Assembly: GCA_965247095.1 (NCBI GenBank)
Contig: OZ251997.1
Location: 1-64,000 of the forward strand
Source: Candidatus Multivorans sp.
Lineage (GTDB): Bacteria > Acidobacteriota > Thermoanaerobaculia > Multivoradales > Multivoraceae
Direction: 5' to 3'
DNA: 64,000 bases
Shown here: piece by piece, positions 39,437 to 50,689 of the stretch
Position numbering within the stretch: the stretch's first letter is position 1
Layout of the letters: the number at the start of each line of letters is the position of its first letter
The notes under the pieces: model-generated
The model's database searches: none
The model's input: only the letters and a program-made list of their open reading frames with translations
What the model was told of the DNA's origin: nothing
Position numbers and translations under genes: made by a program

Positions 39437-42400
39437 TCAGGCTACGCGCGAGTCGAGGTGCTGCTCGTCGAGCTGGTCCAGGAGCTGCTTCGCCCGGGTC
39501 TTCGCGGTGGCGATCGTGCGCTCCTTGACGCCTTCGTAGCCGCGGATCGAGTCGGGCAGTTTCGCTGCCTCGACCACCAGTGGGGCGGACTCGGCATCGA
39601 GCCGGTCGAGCGTCTCGTGTAGAAGCTCCCGGTACCAGTCGAACAGGGCACGCTCGAGACGGCGATGGCGGGTCGCGCCGAAGATGTCGAGAACGGAGCC
39701 GCGGAGCCGGCGGGCCGCGTAGAGCAGCCGGAACATCGGCCGCGACCAGGCGCCGAACTTGATCTTCCGCTGCCAGCCCATCCGCCGCAGCGTCGGCGGG
39801 TGGAGCAGGATGTGGCGGTTGAGCGGGCCGTCGTAGTCGTTGGCGATCTGGTCCCAGATCGGGTCCTGCAGCCACAGGCGGGCGACCTCGTACTCGTCCT
39901 TGACCGCCAGCAGCTTGAAGCCGTAGCGGGCCGCCTCCTCGCGCACCTCGGTGTGACCGGGCAGTCTCGATTCCTCGGCCTCCCCGACCTCGCCGACGAA
40001 CGCCAGGTAGCGTTCGGCGATCCCCGTGCCCTGGTAGAGGAGAAGGTCGGCGACGCGGCCCGGTAGCAGGCGGTCGAGCGCGCCTCCCTGCGGGGCGCCC
40101 GCCAGGAGGCGCTCGAGTTCCGGCCCGAACTTCGGCGCCCAGCGCTCGATCCGGGCGCGGGCGGCTTCCAGGGCCGACGCCGCGGTCTGCGCCTTGGGAC
40201 CCTCAAGACCGGAGGCGCTTCGGAACCGCTCCGGGTCGGCGACGGAGAGCCGGCCGTAGCGGAAGGCCTGGATGTTGTCCTCGACCGCCACGCCGTTCGC
40301 CCGTAGCGCTTCCTCGATGAAGCGCGACTCGAGCGGCAGCAGGCCCTGCTGGTAGGCGGCGCCGACCAGGAAGATGTTGCCGGTGACACTGTTGCCGAGC
40401 AGCCGCTCGGTGGCGGCCTCCGCGTCGACGAAGTAGCTCCGGTTGCGGTCGGTGAAGAGGGCCAGACGCTTGCGCAGCTCGTCGAGCGGCGGCATCCGCG
40501 CGGCGCTGTCGGTGATCACGGCGGCTGGACTGATTCCGGCCGTGTTGGCGACCACCGCCGTGGTCTCCTTCGAGAACCGCTTGATGTTGTCGGTGGCGAC
40601 CGTGGCGAGCAGGTCGAAGGACAGGGCCAGATCGGCTTCGCCCTCGCCGAGCTTGTTCGCCCGGTCGATCGGCTTGCTGCTGAGGAGCAGGTTCGAGACC
40701 ACCGCGCCGCCCTTCTGCGCGAGGCCGGTCTGGTCGAGGTGGACGGCGTACCGACCCTCGAGCAGGGCCGCGGTGACCAGGATGGCGTCGACGGTGACCA
40801 CGCCGGTGCCGCCGATTCCCACCAGCAGGGCTCTGAAGGTGTCGTGCTCCCTGACCTTGCCGGCCGGTTCCGGCACCTCGTCCGCGACCAGAGGAGCGGC
40901 CGCGGCGCGCCGCACCGGCTTCGTGGCCGCGCCCAGGTCGACCGTCATGAAGGCCGGGCAGTCGCCCTCGATGCACGAGTAGTCCAGGTTGCAGGACGAC
41001 TGATGGATCTGGGTCTTGCGGCCGTACTCCGTCTCAAGCGGCGCGACCGAGAGGCAGTTCGACTTTGCGGCGCAGTCGCCGCAGCCCTCGCAGACCGCCG
41101 GGTTGATGTACACGCGCTGGCTCGGCGTCGCCTGGATGCCGCGCTTGCGCTCGCGGCGCTTCTCGGCGGCGCACTGCTGGTCGTAGACGACGGCGGTCGG
41201 GCCCTTGATCGCGCGCAGTTCCTTGAGCACGGCGTCGTAGTCGCGGCGGTGCCGGATCTCGACGCTGTTGTCGTCGCGGTGGGGAAAGCGTTCGAGGTCT
41301 TCGGTGACCAGAACCACCCGCTTCATGCCCTGGAGCTGGAGCTGCTTCGACACGCCGAGCGAACTGAGCAGGCCGACCGCTTCCTGCCCGCCGGTCATCG
41401 CGACCGCCGCGTTGTAGAGGATGCGGAAGGTCATGTGGAGGTTGGCGGCGATGCAGGCCTCGATCGCCTTGCTGGCGGAGTGGGCGTAGGTGCCGTCGCC
41501 GACGTTCTGGAAGATGTGCTCCTGCTCGGTGAAGGGCGCAAGCCCGATCCAGCAGGCGCCCTCGCCGCCCATCTGCGGCAGCCAACTGATGCCGCGGTCC
41601 ATCCACATCGCCATGGCGTGGCAGCCGATGCCGCCGCCGGCGGCGTCCGACCCCTCGGGTAGCTGGGTGGAGGTGTTGTGCGGGCAGCCGCTGCAGAAGT
41701 AGGGCGTGCGCGGCATTGCGGCCGGCAGAGTCGCCGCCAGGTCGGCGGACTCGGCGCCCGTCCGCAGGCGCGACAGGTTCTCCGCCGGCACGGCGCCGGG
41801 AAGCCGCCGCTCCAGGTAGGCGCCGAGGATGAGGGCGATCTGGTGACCCTCCAGTTCGCCGTGCATCGGGAACAGCGCCTCGCCGCTCGGCGTCTGCTTG
41901 CCGCCGACGAGCGGCCGGTCGGGCAGGTTGTAGAGCGTCTGCCGCACCTGGGTCTCGATGAAGCCGCGCTTGTCCTCGACGACGACGATCTCCTCGAGGC
42001 CGGCGGCGAACTCGCGCAGGCGCCGCGTTTCGACCGGCGCGATGCAACCGAGCTTCAGGACGCGGATGCCGTGGCGGTCGAGCGCTGCTTCGTCCAGCCC
42101 CAGCAAGTTGAGCGCCAGGCGCAGGTCGCGGTAGGGCTTGCCGGCCGCGATCAGGCCCAGGCGGTCGCCGGGGCTGGCGCAGCGGATGCTGTCCAGGCCG
42201 TTGGCATGGACGTACTCCAGGGCGGCCACGGTGCGCTCGGTGAAGATCTGGCGCTCCATCTCGACCGTATGCGGCGGCAGCAGCCGGATGTCGAGATGCT
42301 TCTGGAACGGTCGGCCGTCGATTTCGAGATCAGGCAGAACCGGTGGCGGCATCTGAGGAAGATCGATGACCGCGCCGCCGTCGGCGACGTTGGTCACGAC

Positions 42401-42994
42401 CTTCAGCGCGGTCCACAGACCCGAGAACCGGGACAGGGCGATGCCGTGCAGGCCGAGTTCCAGGACCTCCGCCGGGTCGCCGGGATAGAGCACCGGCATC
42501 GAGAGGTCGAAGAGGCTGATGGTGCTGTCGCCGGGAATGGTCGAACTCTTGCAGGCGGTGTCGTCGCCGGCCAGCACCAGCACGCCGCCGTGCTTGCCCG
42601 TGCCGATGAAGTTGCCGTGGCGGAAGGCGTCGCCGCTGCGGTCGACGCCCGGGGTCTTGCCGTACCAGATGCCGACCACCCCGTCGTAGCGCTGGTGGGG
42701 GAACCGCTCGAGGAGCTGGGCGCCGTATATCGAGGTCGCCGCCGTCTCCTCGTTGATACCCGGCTGAAAGACCACGTCGTGTTCGGCCAGCAGCCGGCCG
42801 TTCCGCATGAGTTGCTTGTCGTATTCGCCGAGTGGCGATCCCGGATAGCCGCTGATGAACGCGCCGACTCGCAGACCGGCTTCCCGGTCCCGGCGGTACT
42901 GGTCCATCGGCAGCCGGACCAGTGCCTGGATACCCGTCATCGCCACGCGGCCTTCAGTGAGCGTGTACTTGTCGTCCAATGAGAAGGCCGTCAT
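39437..42994 (-). CDS. Indolepyruvate:ferredoxin oxidoreductase family protein (fused alpha/beta)
   Basis: ISGYPGSPLG, INEE, WYGK.PGVDRSGD, CSGCPH, GDGTYAHS, CEGCGDC, GIGGTGV, TGLAQKGG, KDEYEVARL, IRGY. Confidence 0.95.
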   Translation of the reverse strand: MTAFSLDDKYTLTEGRVAMTGIQALVRLPMDQYRRDREAGLRVGAFISGYPGSPLGEYDKQLMRNGRLLAEHDVVFQPGINEETAATSIYGAQLLERFPHQRYDGVVGIWYGKTPGVDRSGDAFRHGNFIGTGKHGGVLVLAGDDTACKSSTIPGDSTISLFDLSMPVLYPGDPAEVLELGLHGIALSRFSGLWTALKVVTNVADGGAVIDLPQMPPPVLPDLEIDGRPFQKHLDIRLLPPHTVEMERQIFTERTVAALEYVHANGLDSIRCASPGDRLGLIAAGKPYRDLRLALNLLGLDEAALDRHGIRVLKLGCIAPVETRRLREFAAGLEEIVVVEDKRGFIETQVRQTLYNLPDRPLVGGKQTPSGEALFPMHGELEGHQIALILGAYLERRLPGAVPAENLSRLRTGAESADLAATLPAAMPRTPYFCSGCPHNTSTQLPEGSDAAGGGIGCHAMAMWMDRGISWLPQMGGEGACWIGLAPFTEQEHIFQNVGDGTYAHSASKAIEACIAANLHMTFRILYNAAVAMTGGQEAVGLLSSLGVSKQLQLQGMKRVVLVTEDLERFPHRDDNSVEIRHRRDYDAVLKELRAIKGPTAVVYDQQCAAEKRRERKRGIQATPSQRVYINPAVCEGCGDCAAKSNCLSVAPLETEYGRKTQIHQSSCNLDYSCIEGDCPAFMTVDLGAATKPVRRAAAAPLVADEVPEPAGKVREHDTFRALLVGIGGTGVVTVDAILVTAALLEGRYAVHLDQTGLAQKGGAVVSNLLLSSKPIDRANKLGEGEADLALSFDLLATVATDNIKRFSKETTAVVANTAGISPAAVITDSAARMPPLDELRKRLALFTDRNRSYFVDAEAATERLLGNSVTGNIFLVGAAYQQGLLPLESRFIEEALRANGVAVEDNIQAFRYGRLSVADPERFRSASGLEGPKAQTAASALEAARARIERWAPKFGPELERLLAGAPQGGALDRLLPGRVADLLLYQGTGIAERYLAFVGEVGEAEESRLPGHTEVREEAARYGFKLLAVKDEYEVARLWLQDPIWDQIANDYDGPLNRHILLHPPTLRRMGWQRKIKFGAWSRPMFRLLYAARRLRGSVLDIFGATRHRRLERALFDWYRELLHETLDRLDAESAPLVVEAAKLPDSIRGYEGVKERTIATAKTRAKQLLDQLDEQHLDSRVA

Positions 42995-43084
42995 TGCTTC
43001 CTATCCTACCGCGCTCGGGCGGTCACTGTCCGGCCTGGGGATGCGGGCGTCTCGCCAGCATCCGGCGTGAAGCGCCGGGAGCTC

Positions 43085-43789
43085 TCAGCCGCCGCGAATC
43101 TGGGCGAACCACTCGTGGCCGGACGCGGCGGACCGGCCGCGGATGACGGTGGACTTGATTGCCCGAACTCCACTTGGGGGATAACCGGCGATGGTCGCCG
43201 AAAGTTCCCGCGCGCGGGTCAGGACTTCATTGTCCGCGACGACCTCCGAAGCCACGCCCATCCGCTCGAGCTCCGCTCCGGTGTAGCGCCTGCCGACGAT
43301 CGCGAGCCGGGCCGCCACGCTCTCCGGGTGGCGCAGGCGCAGCCAGGCCATGTTCATCGGCGCCGCCATGCCCATCTGGATTTCGCCGACGTGGAGGAAG
43401 GCTTGCTCGCCCGCCACCAGGAGATCGGCGGCGAGCGCCAGCGCCGAGCCGGCGTTGATGGCGAAGCGTTCGAGGGCGGCGACGATCGGCTTCGGGCAGT
43501 CGTAGAGCGCGGCGTGAACATCGAGCCAGAGACCGCTGAAGGCAGGCATCCAGTCCGGCGGCGGATCGGCGCGGAACTCGCCCAGGTCGAGACCGGAACA
43601 GAAAGCGCCGCCCGCTCCGCGCAGCAAGAGGACGCCTACGTCGTCGTCCTCGGTCGTGGCGACGATCTCGGCGTGGAGACGCTTCGCCAGCGGGCCGGTC
43701 ACCGCGTTGCGGCGCGCGGGCCGGTTGAGCACGATCTCGGCGACGCCGCTTTCGCGCGTCGAGAAGACCGGATCGGCGGCGGAGGTCAT
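43085..43789 (-). CDS. Enoyl-CoA hydratase/isomerase family protein
   Basis: LNRP.RRNA, AFCSGLDL, KPIVAA, LALAAD. Confidence 0.9.
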   Translation of the reverse strand: MTSAADPVFSTRESGVAEIVLNRPARRNAVTGPLAKRLHAEIVATTEDDDVGVLLLRGAGGAFCSGLDLGEFRADPPPDWMPAFSGLWLDVHAALYDCPKPIVAALERFAINAGSALALAADLLVAGEQAFLHVGEIQMGMAAPMNMAWLRLRHPESVAARLAIVGRRYTGAELERMGVASEVVADNEVLTRARELSATIAGYPPSGVRAIKSTVIRGRSAASGHEWFAQIRGG

Positions 43790-43820
43790 CGTCGTCGCCC
43801 TTGGTTGCGTCCGGGGCGGC

Positions 43821-44657
43821 TCAGTCGCGCTGTTGGGCGTCGACGAACCAGTCGCCGGGTAGTTGCTTGCCTTCGTAGAGCCGGCCCTGGAACCGCCTCA
43901 TGCCGTGGAGCCAGCGGTCGACGTCAGTCGCCTTGCGGCGGACGTACTCCGCGACCTCGGGATGGGGCAGGACCCAGAACCGCTCCTCGCGGATCGCTTC
44001 GATGCAGACGTCGGCCGCCTGTTCGGCGGTCAGAACGCCGTCGCCTGAAGCGACGCCGACGGCCTCGCCGAAGCGCCCGGCAGTAGGGCTGTTGGCGCCG
44101 ATGTTCGTCCTCACCGCCTGCGGGCAATGCACTGAGACGCGGATGCCCTGGTGGCCGTGGGTGATCGCGATCCACTCCGCCAGCGCCACCGCGGCGTGCT
44201 TGGTCAGCGAGTAGGCGAGCGAACCGAGCTGGGTCAGGAGCCCGGCCGCCGAGGCGGTGCTCATGATGTAGCCCTCGCCGCGCTCGATCATCGACGGCAG
44301 CACCGCCCGCGCGGCGTAGACGTGGGACATCACGTGAACGTCCCACATGTCGTTGATCTCCTCGTTGGGGACCTCGAGCCCGCCCATGGTTACGTAGCCG
44401 GCATTCGACATGAACAGGTCGATCGGCCCGATGTTCGAGGTCACAGCCTCGACCAGGTCGCGCACCGCATCCTCGTCGGCGACGTCGAGGCCTATGCCGG
44501 TGCCGCCGATCGCCTCGGCGACCTCCTTGGCTCCCGCCTCGTTCCGGTCCGCGACGACGACGTGACGCGCGCCCTCGCGGTGAAACGCTTCCGCGAGCGC
44601 CTTACCGATCCCCGAGGCGCCGCCGGTGACGACCATGATCCTGTTCGCTATGTCCAC
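43821..44657 (-). CDS. Short-chain dehydrogenase/reductase
   Basis: VTGGASGIG, SNAG, TASAAG, YSLTK. Confidence 0.92.
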   Translation of the reverse strand: MDIANRIMVVTGGASGIGKALAEAFHREGARHVVVADRNEAGAKEVAEAIGGTGIGLDVADEDAVRDLVEAVTSNIGPIDLFMSNAGYVTMGGLEVPNEEINDMWDVHVMSHVYAARAVLPSMIERGEGYIMSTASAAGLLTQLGSLAYSLTKHAAVALAEWIAITHGHQGIRVSVHCPQAVRTNIGANSPTAGRFGEAVGVASGDGVLTAEQAADVCIEAIREERFWVLPHPEVAEYVRRKATDVDRWLHGMRRFQGRLYEGKQLPGDWFVDAQQRD

Positions 44658-44899
44658 GTTTGTTCTCCCTGCTTGCAGCGCGAGCCTGCCGCGTGCTGTC
44701 GTTGATGTCGGCGCGCAATCCTACGACCTGCGGGTTCGTGGCGCAGGAACCGGGTGCGCGGCCTTCTGGCCGGCATCGGCGCGCAGCGCCGGCTTCCGGG
44801 CCCAGGGTGCCCGAGGGGATCGGGCCGGCAATCGGCGACGCCAGCCGCGGTGTTGATCCGGTCGCCTTACCGGAGTAGCTTCTTGAACTGGAAGACACC

Positions 44900-45142
44900 A
44901 TGATCGTCAAGATCACATCGAAACGTCAGGTCACACTCCCCGCGCGGGTACTCGATGCGCTTGGAGTGGGGCCGGGTGACCGGCTCGAGCTGGTCGAATG
45001 CTCCGACAGCCTCCGGCTGCGGCCGCACCGAATTCGCCTCGATCGCCTCTCCCCGCTGCGGGGCAAACTGGATAGGGGACTCGGTACCTTCGACCTCGAG
45101 TCGTTCCGCTCGAAAGGGCATGACCCCGCGCTTCGGGATTGA
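44900..45142 (+). CDS. AbrB/MazE/VapB-type antitoxin
   Basis: KITSKRQVTLP...LGV.PGD.L swapped-hairpin motif. Confidence 0.85.
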   Translation: MIVKITSKRQVTLPARVLDALGVGPGDRLELVECSDSLRLRPHRIRLDRLSPLRGKLDRGLGTFDLESFRSKGHDPALRD

Positions 45143-45165
45143 CACCTCGATCCTGGTGCACCCGT
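45120..45165 (+). pseudogene. 5' stub of a PIN-domain (VapC) toxin
   Basis: ATG overlaps the antitoxin 3' end; MTPRFGIDTSILV matches the PIN N-terminal DTxxL motif, then the frame runs into the antisense of the convergent gene. Confidence 0.65.
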
Positions 45166-45179
45166 TCAGGCTGGCCCGA

Positions 45180-48100
45180 TTACTCGGGCTGCAGTTCGAT
45201 CATGAACCCTCCGCGGCGTTCGCCGGGGACCAGGTCGAGGGGTAGGCCGAACCCCTCGTAGCCTTCTCGCTGGACCGTCAGGGCGGTCGACGGTCCGGGC
45301 GCGAACTCAAGCCGGTATTCGCCGTCGGCGTTGCTCAGCGCGTAGCCGGCAGGAATCCGCGGCTCCTCGGCGCCTGGGGCCACCTCCGCTTCGGTGTCCA
45401 CGACGATGGCGATCAGGTGGGCGCCGGCGAGCGGTTGGCGGGTCGCCCGGTCGATGACGGTCCCGGCCAGCACCGCCGGGGGGTTGAGGTCGACCAGGAT
45501 GTCCTGGTCGACCTGGATCTCGAGCTGTCGGGAATGTGTGGCGCCGTTCGGTTCCGCGACCAGCATGTTGTAGGCGCCGGGTTCGAGGCCGTCGATTCGA
45601 AAGCGGCTCTGCTGATCAATGCGCGGTGCGCGCCTGACGGCCGCGCGAAGTGCCTTCGACCAAGATGACATCGCCGCCGGCGAGCGGTTGCCCTTGGGAC
45701 CGGACCTCGCCGGTCAGCGTGAGACCGGGTTCGAAGTTCAGTTCGACGAACGCCTCGCCCGGGCCGGTTTCGAGCGTGAGCGAGCGTTCGACGGTGCGGC
45801 CGTCGCGTTCTTCGGCCCTGACGGTCCATCTCCCCGGTCCGAGTTCGTCCAGTTGGAAGCGGCCTTCCAGGTCTGGAGTCGTCATGCCGCCGAGGAGACG
45901 TTCCTGCGCGGCCCTCACCGAGATGCCGGCGAACGCTTCGGACGGGCGGCCCGTTACGACGCCCCGTAGCGTGATTCCCCGGTGCAGCGCGAAGTCGATG
46001 CCGGCAACGGACCGGCCCTCGACGCGAACCGGGAAGCGGCCGGACGCGGCCCGCGCGTAGCCGTCCGCGTGGGCCCGCAGGCTGTACCTGCCGTCGTCCA
46101 GGCCGCCGATTCGGTAGCTTCCCTCCTGGTCGGTGACGGCCTCGAGCGGGACCCTGGGAGTGAATTGTCGCCGAGCATCGGCCAGTTCGTCCAGCGAACC
46201 CTGCTCGACCGGATGGGCCTCGACCCTGGCGAGCGCCACCGGCAGACCGTCGGCGCTGGTTACGGAACCGCTGATCTCCCAGCCGGGACGGAGTTCGAGA
46301 TCGACCTCGTTCGTTCCAGGCTTGATCACGACCTCGCGCACGCCGTCCCGGTAGTCCGGATGGCGGGCCACGACCCGGGCGGGTCCCGAGGGAACGCGGT
46401 GGGCCTCGTAGGCGCCGCCGGCGTCGGCTCGGGCGCCGTGGTGTGTGCCTGTCAGCTGACCTGTCGGGTCGAGCGTCTGGACGAGGACCTCCGCTCCGGC
46501 GACCGGTGCACCGTAGGTGTCGGTCACCACGCCGGCGAGCCGGCCCTGGGCGCGCAGGCGCAGTTCGATCTCGCGTTCCTCGCCCGGCCGCAGCCGGATG
46601 GCGCCGACATCCTCCGTCAACTGCTCGCCGCCGACCTCGACCGACCAGGGCCCCGCTCCGACAGCGTCGAAGTGGAAGCGGCCGTCACCGTCGGTCCTCG
46701 CCTCATGTCTGCGAGGATCGGTACTCCAAGCCGTTCGGCTAATGCTCGGGTTGCGTTCCAGTCTTAGCCAGATGTACGCGTTGGCGACGCCCTCCCCGTC
46801 CGCATCGAGAACCCGGCCCACGAGCCTGGCCCCTTCGCCCAACTGGACCTCGATCAGGCTCCCTGCCTGCGGGCGCACCGCGGCCATCTCGAACCGTTCG
46901 TAGCCTTCGGCCTCGACCACGAGGTTCGCCGGTTCGGCACGCAGTCCGCCGATACGAAACGTGCCGTCCGTATCCGTGACGGCCGCCCTGATCTCCGGGT
47001 CGTGAGGCCGGCGATGGTCGATGTTGTCCTGGTGGACTTTGACCTGGGCGCCGGCCACCGGGCGGCGCTGGAAGTCACGCACGATGCCCTCGATCGCCGC
47101 GCCGACTTCGAGTGTGAGCGTACCCACATCCTCCGCTCCCTCGCCGGAAGGCACGTCGAAGGCGGTTGCCAGGACACGGACGTGGTCGGGGTGGTTGGCG
47201 GTCAGTTCATGGCGTCCGGCACGGGTGCCGGGGAACTCGAACGCGCCACGGGCGTCGGTGACGCTGGTCTTCCTGGCCGTGGCGTCCCACGAGTAGCCGC
47301 CGTCTCCGGTCGCTGCAACCGGCTGAAGCGCGACCTCGGCGCCTGGAATGGGAGCGTCTTGGGTATCGGCGATGATGCCGTGGACGCGCCGGCCACGGAC
47401 GAGGATGACGCGAACGGTGTCCCGCGTCGCGCCTTCGGGCACCGCCGGAATCGCCAGAGTCCTGCGGGCGTAGCCGTTCGCCTCGGCGTGGAGGTTGTAG
47501 GCGTGCCCCGAGGCGACGCCAGCAATGAAGAACGAGCCGTCGGAGGCCGAGGTAGCCTTCCATGCCCCGGGGCCGATGGTCCAACCACCGCTTGCGGCAG
47601 ACGGTTGAACCCACAGCCACGCACCCGCCACTGGGCTCCCGGACGCATCCACGACATTCCCGCTGAGGAGCGCCGATGGCGTCAGCGCAATGTCGACGCC
47701 GTCGGCGGACCGGAGCCGCTCCGCGGTCACCATGGCGGTGGTCGCCTGGTAACCGTCGGCGACGATGCCGACCTGGGCCTGGCCTCGGTAGAGCCAGGCG
47801 CGCAGGAGGAAGGCACCGGTCGGGCCTGATTGGGTCTGCTCGCCGGGCCGGTTCCAGACCATGGCGCCCGCGACCGGACTGCCGGTGGCGGCGTCGGTGA
47901 CGCGGCCCGCGATCTCGGCCGGCGGCTCGAGCCGAACCTCGACGGACCGGGGTGCGTTGTCGCCGGCCTCGGGCCCCAGGGGCGCGGTCCGCGCGAGGGA
48001 ACGATCTTCGGCGACCGCCTGGTAGACGAGGCTCTGATCTGACGTGAGACCGACCGTCGCTTCGCCGCGGGCGTCGGTCAGCGCCAGGGGAACGTCCTGG

Positions 48101-48927
48101 TTTTCCCCGACGGTGACCGCCACGCGTGGCGCCGGCCGTCCCTGGGAATCGAGGACGCCGACGGTGACGCCGGGGCCCGGCGTCAACTCGAATGCGCCGC
48201 CGCGGTCTCCGATCGGCCCCGCGCGCAGCCGGAAGCCGCGTGCCGAAACGAAGACGTTCGCCTCGGCGGTCGGCATCGAGAACCTGGCCTGTCCAGCGGC
48301 GTTCGTTCGGGCGGCGGCGCGCCCGAAGCGCGGGTAGATCCGTTGCCGGGGCTGATGCCATCGCGGCCGCGCGTCGTTCGCATCGGCGCGTTCGGAACGC
48401 CACAGCGCGGGGTCGGCGACGGCCAGTGCGCCCTTGATGGGTCGGCCGTCCGTGTCCTTCGCGCCGACCACCAGCGTGTGCCCGTTCGGGACTTCGATGG
48501 GCGGCAGGACGATCGGCGCCGCCAGGGGCGCCAGAGTGTGGAACACCGGCGCCCGGACGACGCGGCCGGCGTCCGGCGTCGCGTCGCCTGCCGCGACGGC
48601 GATCTCCAAGCGGTAGGTTCCGACCGCCGGCGCGGTCAGCGTGAAGGCGCCGTTCGCGCCGGACCGGGTCGAGTCCACCGCCGCCGGCAGCCCGCGCGGA
48701 TCGCCCAGATCGTGCAGCCGGCGCTCGTAGCGGCTCGGGTAGGGCCGCAGGTCAAGGTCCAGGCCCGCGGCCGGCGCGCCCTCCTCGTCGACGAGGGTTC
48801 CCGTGACGGTCAGTGCGGGACCGGGCGGCGGTTGCGCGTGCAGACGATCGCCGGTCAGGTCGGGCAACAGGCCCAGGCACAACGCCGCCGCGCCGGTCAC
48901 GGCCACCCGGGTCAAGCTTGTCCGCAC
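45180..48927 (-). pseudogene. Giant secreted carboxypeptidase-regulatory-like repeat protein, frameshifted near the 3' end (about 45625)
   Basis: Paralog of 52151-55843. Removing 7 nt from CAGGCGCGC[ACCGCGC]ATTGAT joins ORF 45616-48927 to ORF 45180-45671 and restores the paralogous C-terminus. Confidence 0.8.
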
Positions 48928-48951
48928 GAACTTGACGATCTCGACCGCGGG

Positions 48952-50334
48952 TCAGTCCGGCGCCTGACTTGGTCGTTTCTGCCGGAGTTCAACCCGGAGC
49001 GGCTTGCGGCGGTCGGCTGCTTGGAGATGCTCCAGCCCGAGCCAGACTCGCTTCGTGGCGTAGCCCGCGGCAGCGATCCAGATTGCCGGCCGGGGCAGAC
49101 CGGCGTCCTCTGAGGCGACCCATAGGCGGCGGTCGGCACGCGCCGTCAGCGTGAACTCGCCGCCGTCGCCGGACCAGGCGAGTCTGTCGAGCTGGCCATC
49201 GATCCACAGTGTCGCAAGCTCGATCGACTGGTTGGTCGTCGCGTCCACTACTTGACCTCGAAGCTCGAAGCCGGGCCAGAGGTGGACTTCTACGATCCGG
49301 GGTCCGTCAGGACTTGGGGGCTCGCGCTTCACGCGCGCGGTTTGGGCGAAGGAGCCGTCCTCAGCTTCGATCTGGTAGGAGATCCCTCTTCCACCCATCA
49401 GCCCGACGGTGGCTTCGCCCCGCTCGTCCGTGAGAGCAAGTGGAATGGCCTCGCTGCCGCCGATGCGAATGACTGCGCGGGGGACGGGCGCTCCATCGCG
49501 ATCCAGGACCCTGAAGGTGACGCCTTCGCCGCGCCTGAGTTGGAACGCTGCTCGGTCTTGAGAGAGATCGTCTACGCTGAGGTTGAATCCGGGCGCCGCG
49601 ACCGCGACGCTGGAAGCGGCGGTGGGTATGGAGAATCGCGTCATTCCGTCGCTGTTGGTGCGGGCTGCGGCGCGGCCAACGAACGGAGACGTCAGTTTCT
49701 TTGCGCTGTGCCACCGGTGTTCGGGGGCAGACCAGTACGCCGCCTGCACAAGGACCAGCGCCCCTACGACGGGCTGGCCCGCCTCGTCCTTGGCGCCGAC
49801 GATCAGGTTGTGCATTGTCGGAAGCCGGATCGGCGGCAGGAGTGTGGGCTCAGCGAGGAGGATCTGCCTCACGTACACCGGCGCCACGACGGTGGGTGGT
49901 TTGGTCTGGGGAGCGGCTGCCAGAATCTCGAGCTGGTGGGGCCCCACGCGTGACGTGGAGAGTTCGAAGCGCCCGTCGGCGTCGGAGCGGGTCCGATCGA
50001 CGACCGGTATCGCGTCGGACACTCCGAGTTCCCGGAGCCGCCGCTCGTAGATGTTCGGCACCGGGATCAGGCGGACTTCAAGGCCGGCGGCCGCGGCCCC
50101 GTCCGGGCCGACAAGTCTTCCCTCCACGGTGGGCGCCGCGGCTTGCTGCTGCGCCTGCAGGGCACTCCCAGCCGAGCCGAGCAGTGTCGGCGCAAAGAGC
50201 AGCGCCGTGGTGAGCTTGGCCGCGAACCCGAACCCGCAACGACTCTTGTGGCGCATGCGGGGTCTGGGAGATGGTCTCATGCGATCGGACTCGAGCTTCT
50301 GAGCGGAGGAGAGCATGTCGGTAGGGCGATTCAC
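48952..50334 (-). CDS. Short (N-terminal four modules) paralog of the repeat proteins
   Basis: VEGRLVG.DG, LIPVPNIYERRL, VDRTRS.ADGRF, PLALTDERGEA shared with the giant paralogs; start uncertain. Confidence 0.75.
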   Translation of the reverse strand: MNRPTDMLSSAQKLESDRMRPSPRPRMRHKSRCGFGFAAKLTTALLFAPTLLGSAGSALQAQQQAAAPTVEGRLVGPDGAAAAGLEVRLIPVPNIYERRLRELGVSDAIPVVDRTRSDADGRFELSTSRVGPHQLEILAAAPQTKPPTVVAPVYVRQILLAEPTLLPPIRLPTMHNLIVGAKDEAGQPVVGALVLVQAAYWSAPEHRWHSAKKLTSPFVGRAAARTNSDGMTRFSIPTAASSVAVAAPGFNLSVDDLSQDRAAFQLRRGEGVTFRVLDRDGAPVPRAVIRIGGSEAIPLALTDERGEATVGLMGGRGISYQIEAEDGSFAQTARVKREPPSPDGPRIVEVHLWPGFELRGQVVDATTNQSIELATLWIDGQLDRLAWSGDGGEFTLTARADRRLWVASEDAGLPRPAIWIAAAGYATKRVWLGLEHLQAADRRKPLRVELRQKRPSQAPD

Positions 50335-50473
50335 TCCGTACTCTAGCCCGCAGTTTGGCGGTCTGGTACGTGGCGAGACGCTGAGATGGCCCGGATCGCT
50401 TGACGAAACGGCTTGGATCTGTTCCTCTTCACGAACGGTTCACAGGGATGGCGGGTACCTTGGAGCGAGACGA

Positions 50474-50689
50474 ATGGCGCAGAATCGAACGAATCTCCTG
50501 GTCGCCTTGATCGTGGCCCTGATCGTGCCGGCGACGGCCCACGCTTACCTTGATCCGGCGTCGGGCAGCATGATCCTGCAGGCGGTGATCGGGGGCGTGG
50601 CGGCCGCGGCGCTTGCCTTCAGGTTCTACTGGCGGCGCATTCAGACCTTCTTCGGCTACGGCGGCGACGACGAGTCAGAGTCGGAATAG
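50474..50689 (+). CDS. Small conserved 'AYLDPxxGS' membrane peptide
   Basis: GGAG RBS; AHAYLDPASGSMILQAVIGG...FYWRRI; coupled to the next gene. Confidence 0.8.
   Translation: MAQNRTNLLVALIVALIVPATAHAYLDPASGSMILQAVIGGVAAAALAFRFYWRRIQTFFGYGGDDESESE

Noticed and set aside
39437-44657. IOR, enoyl-CoA hydratase and SDR as a novel pathway
   Set aside because: Common catabolic families with nothing distinctive in the sequence to define a substrate
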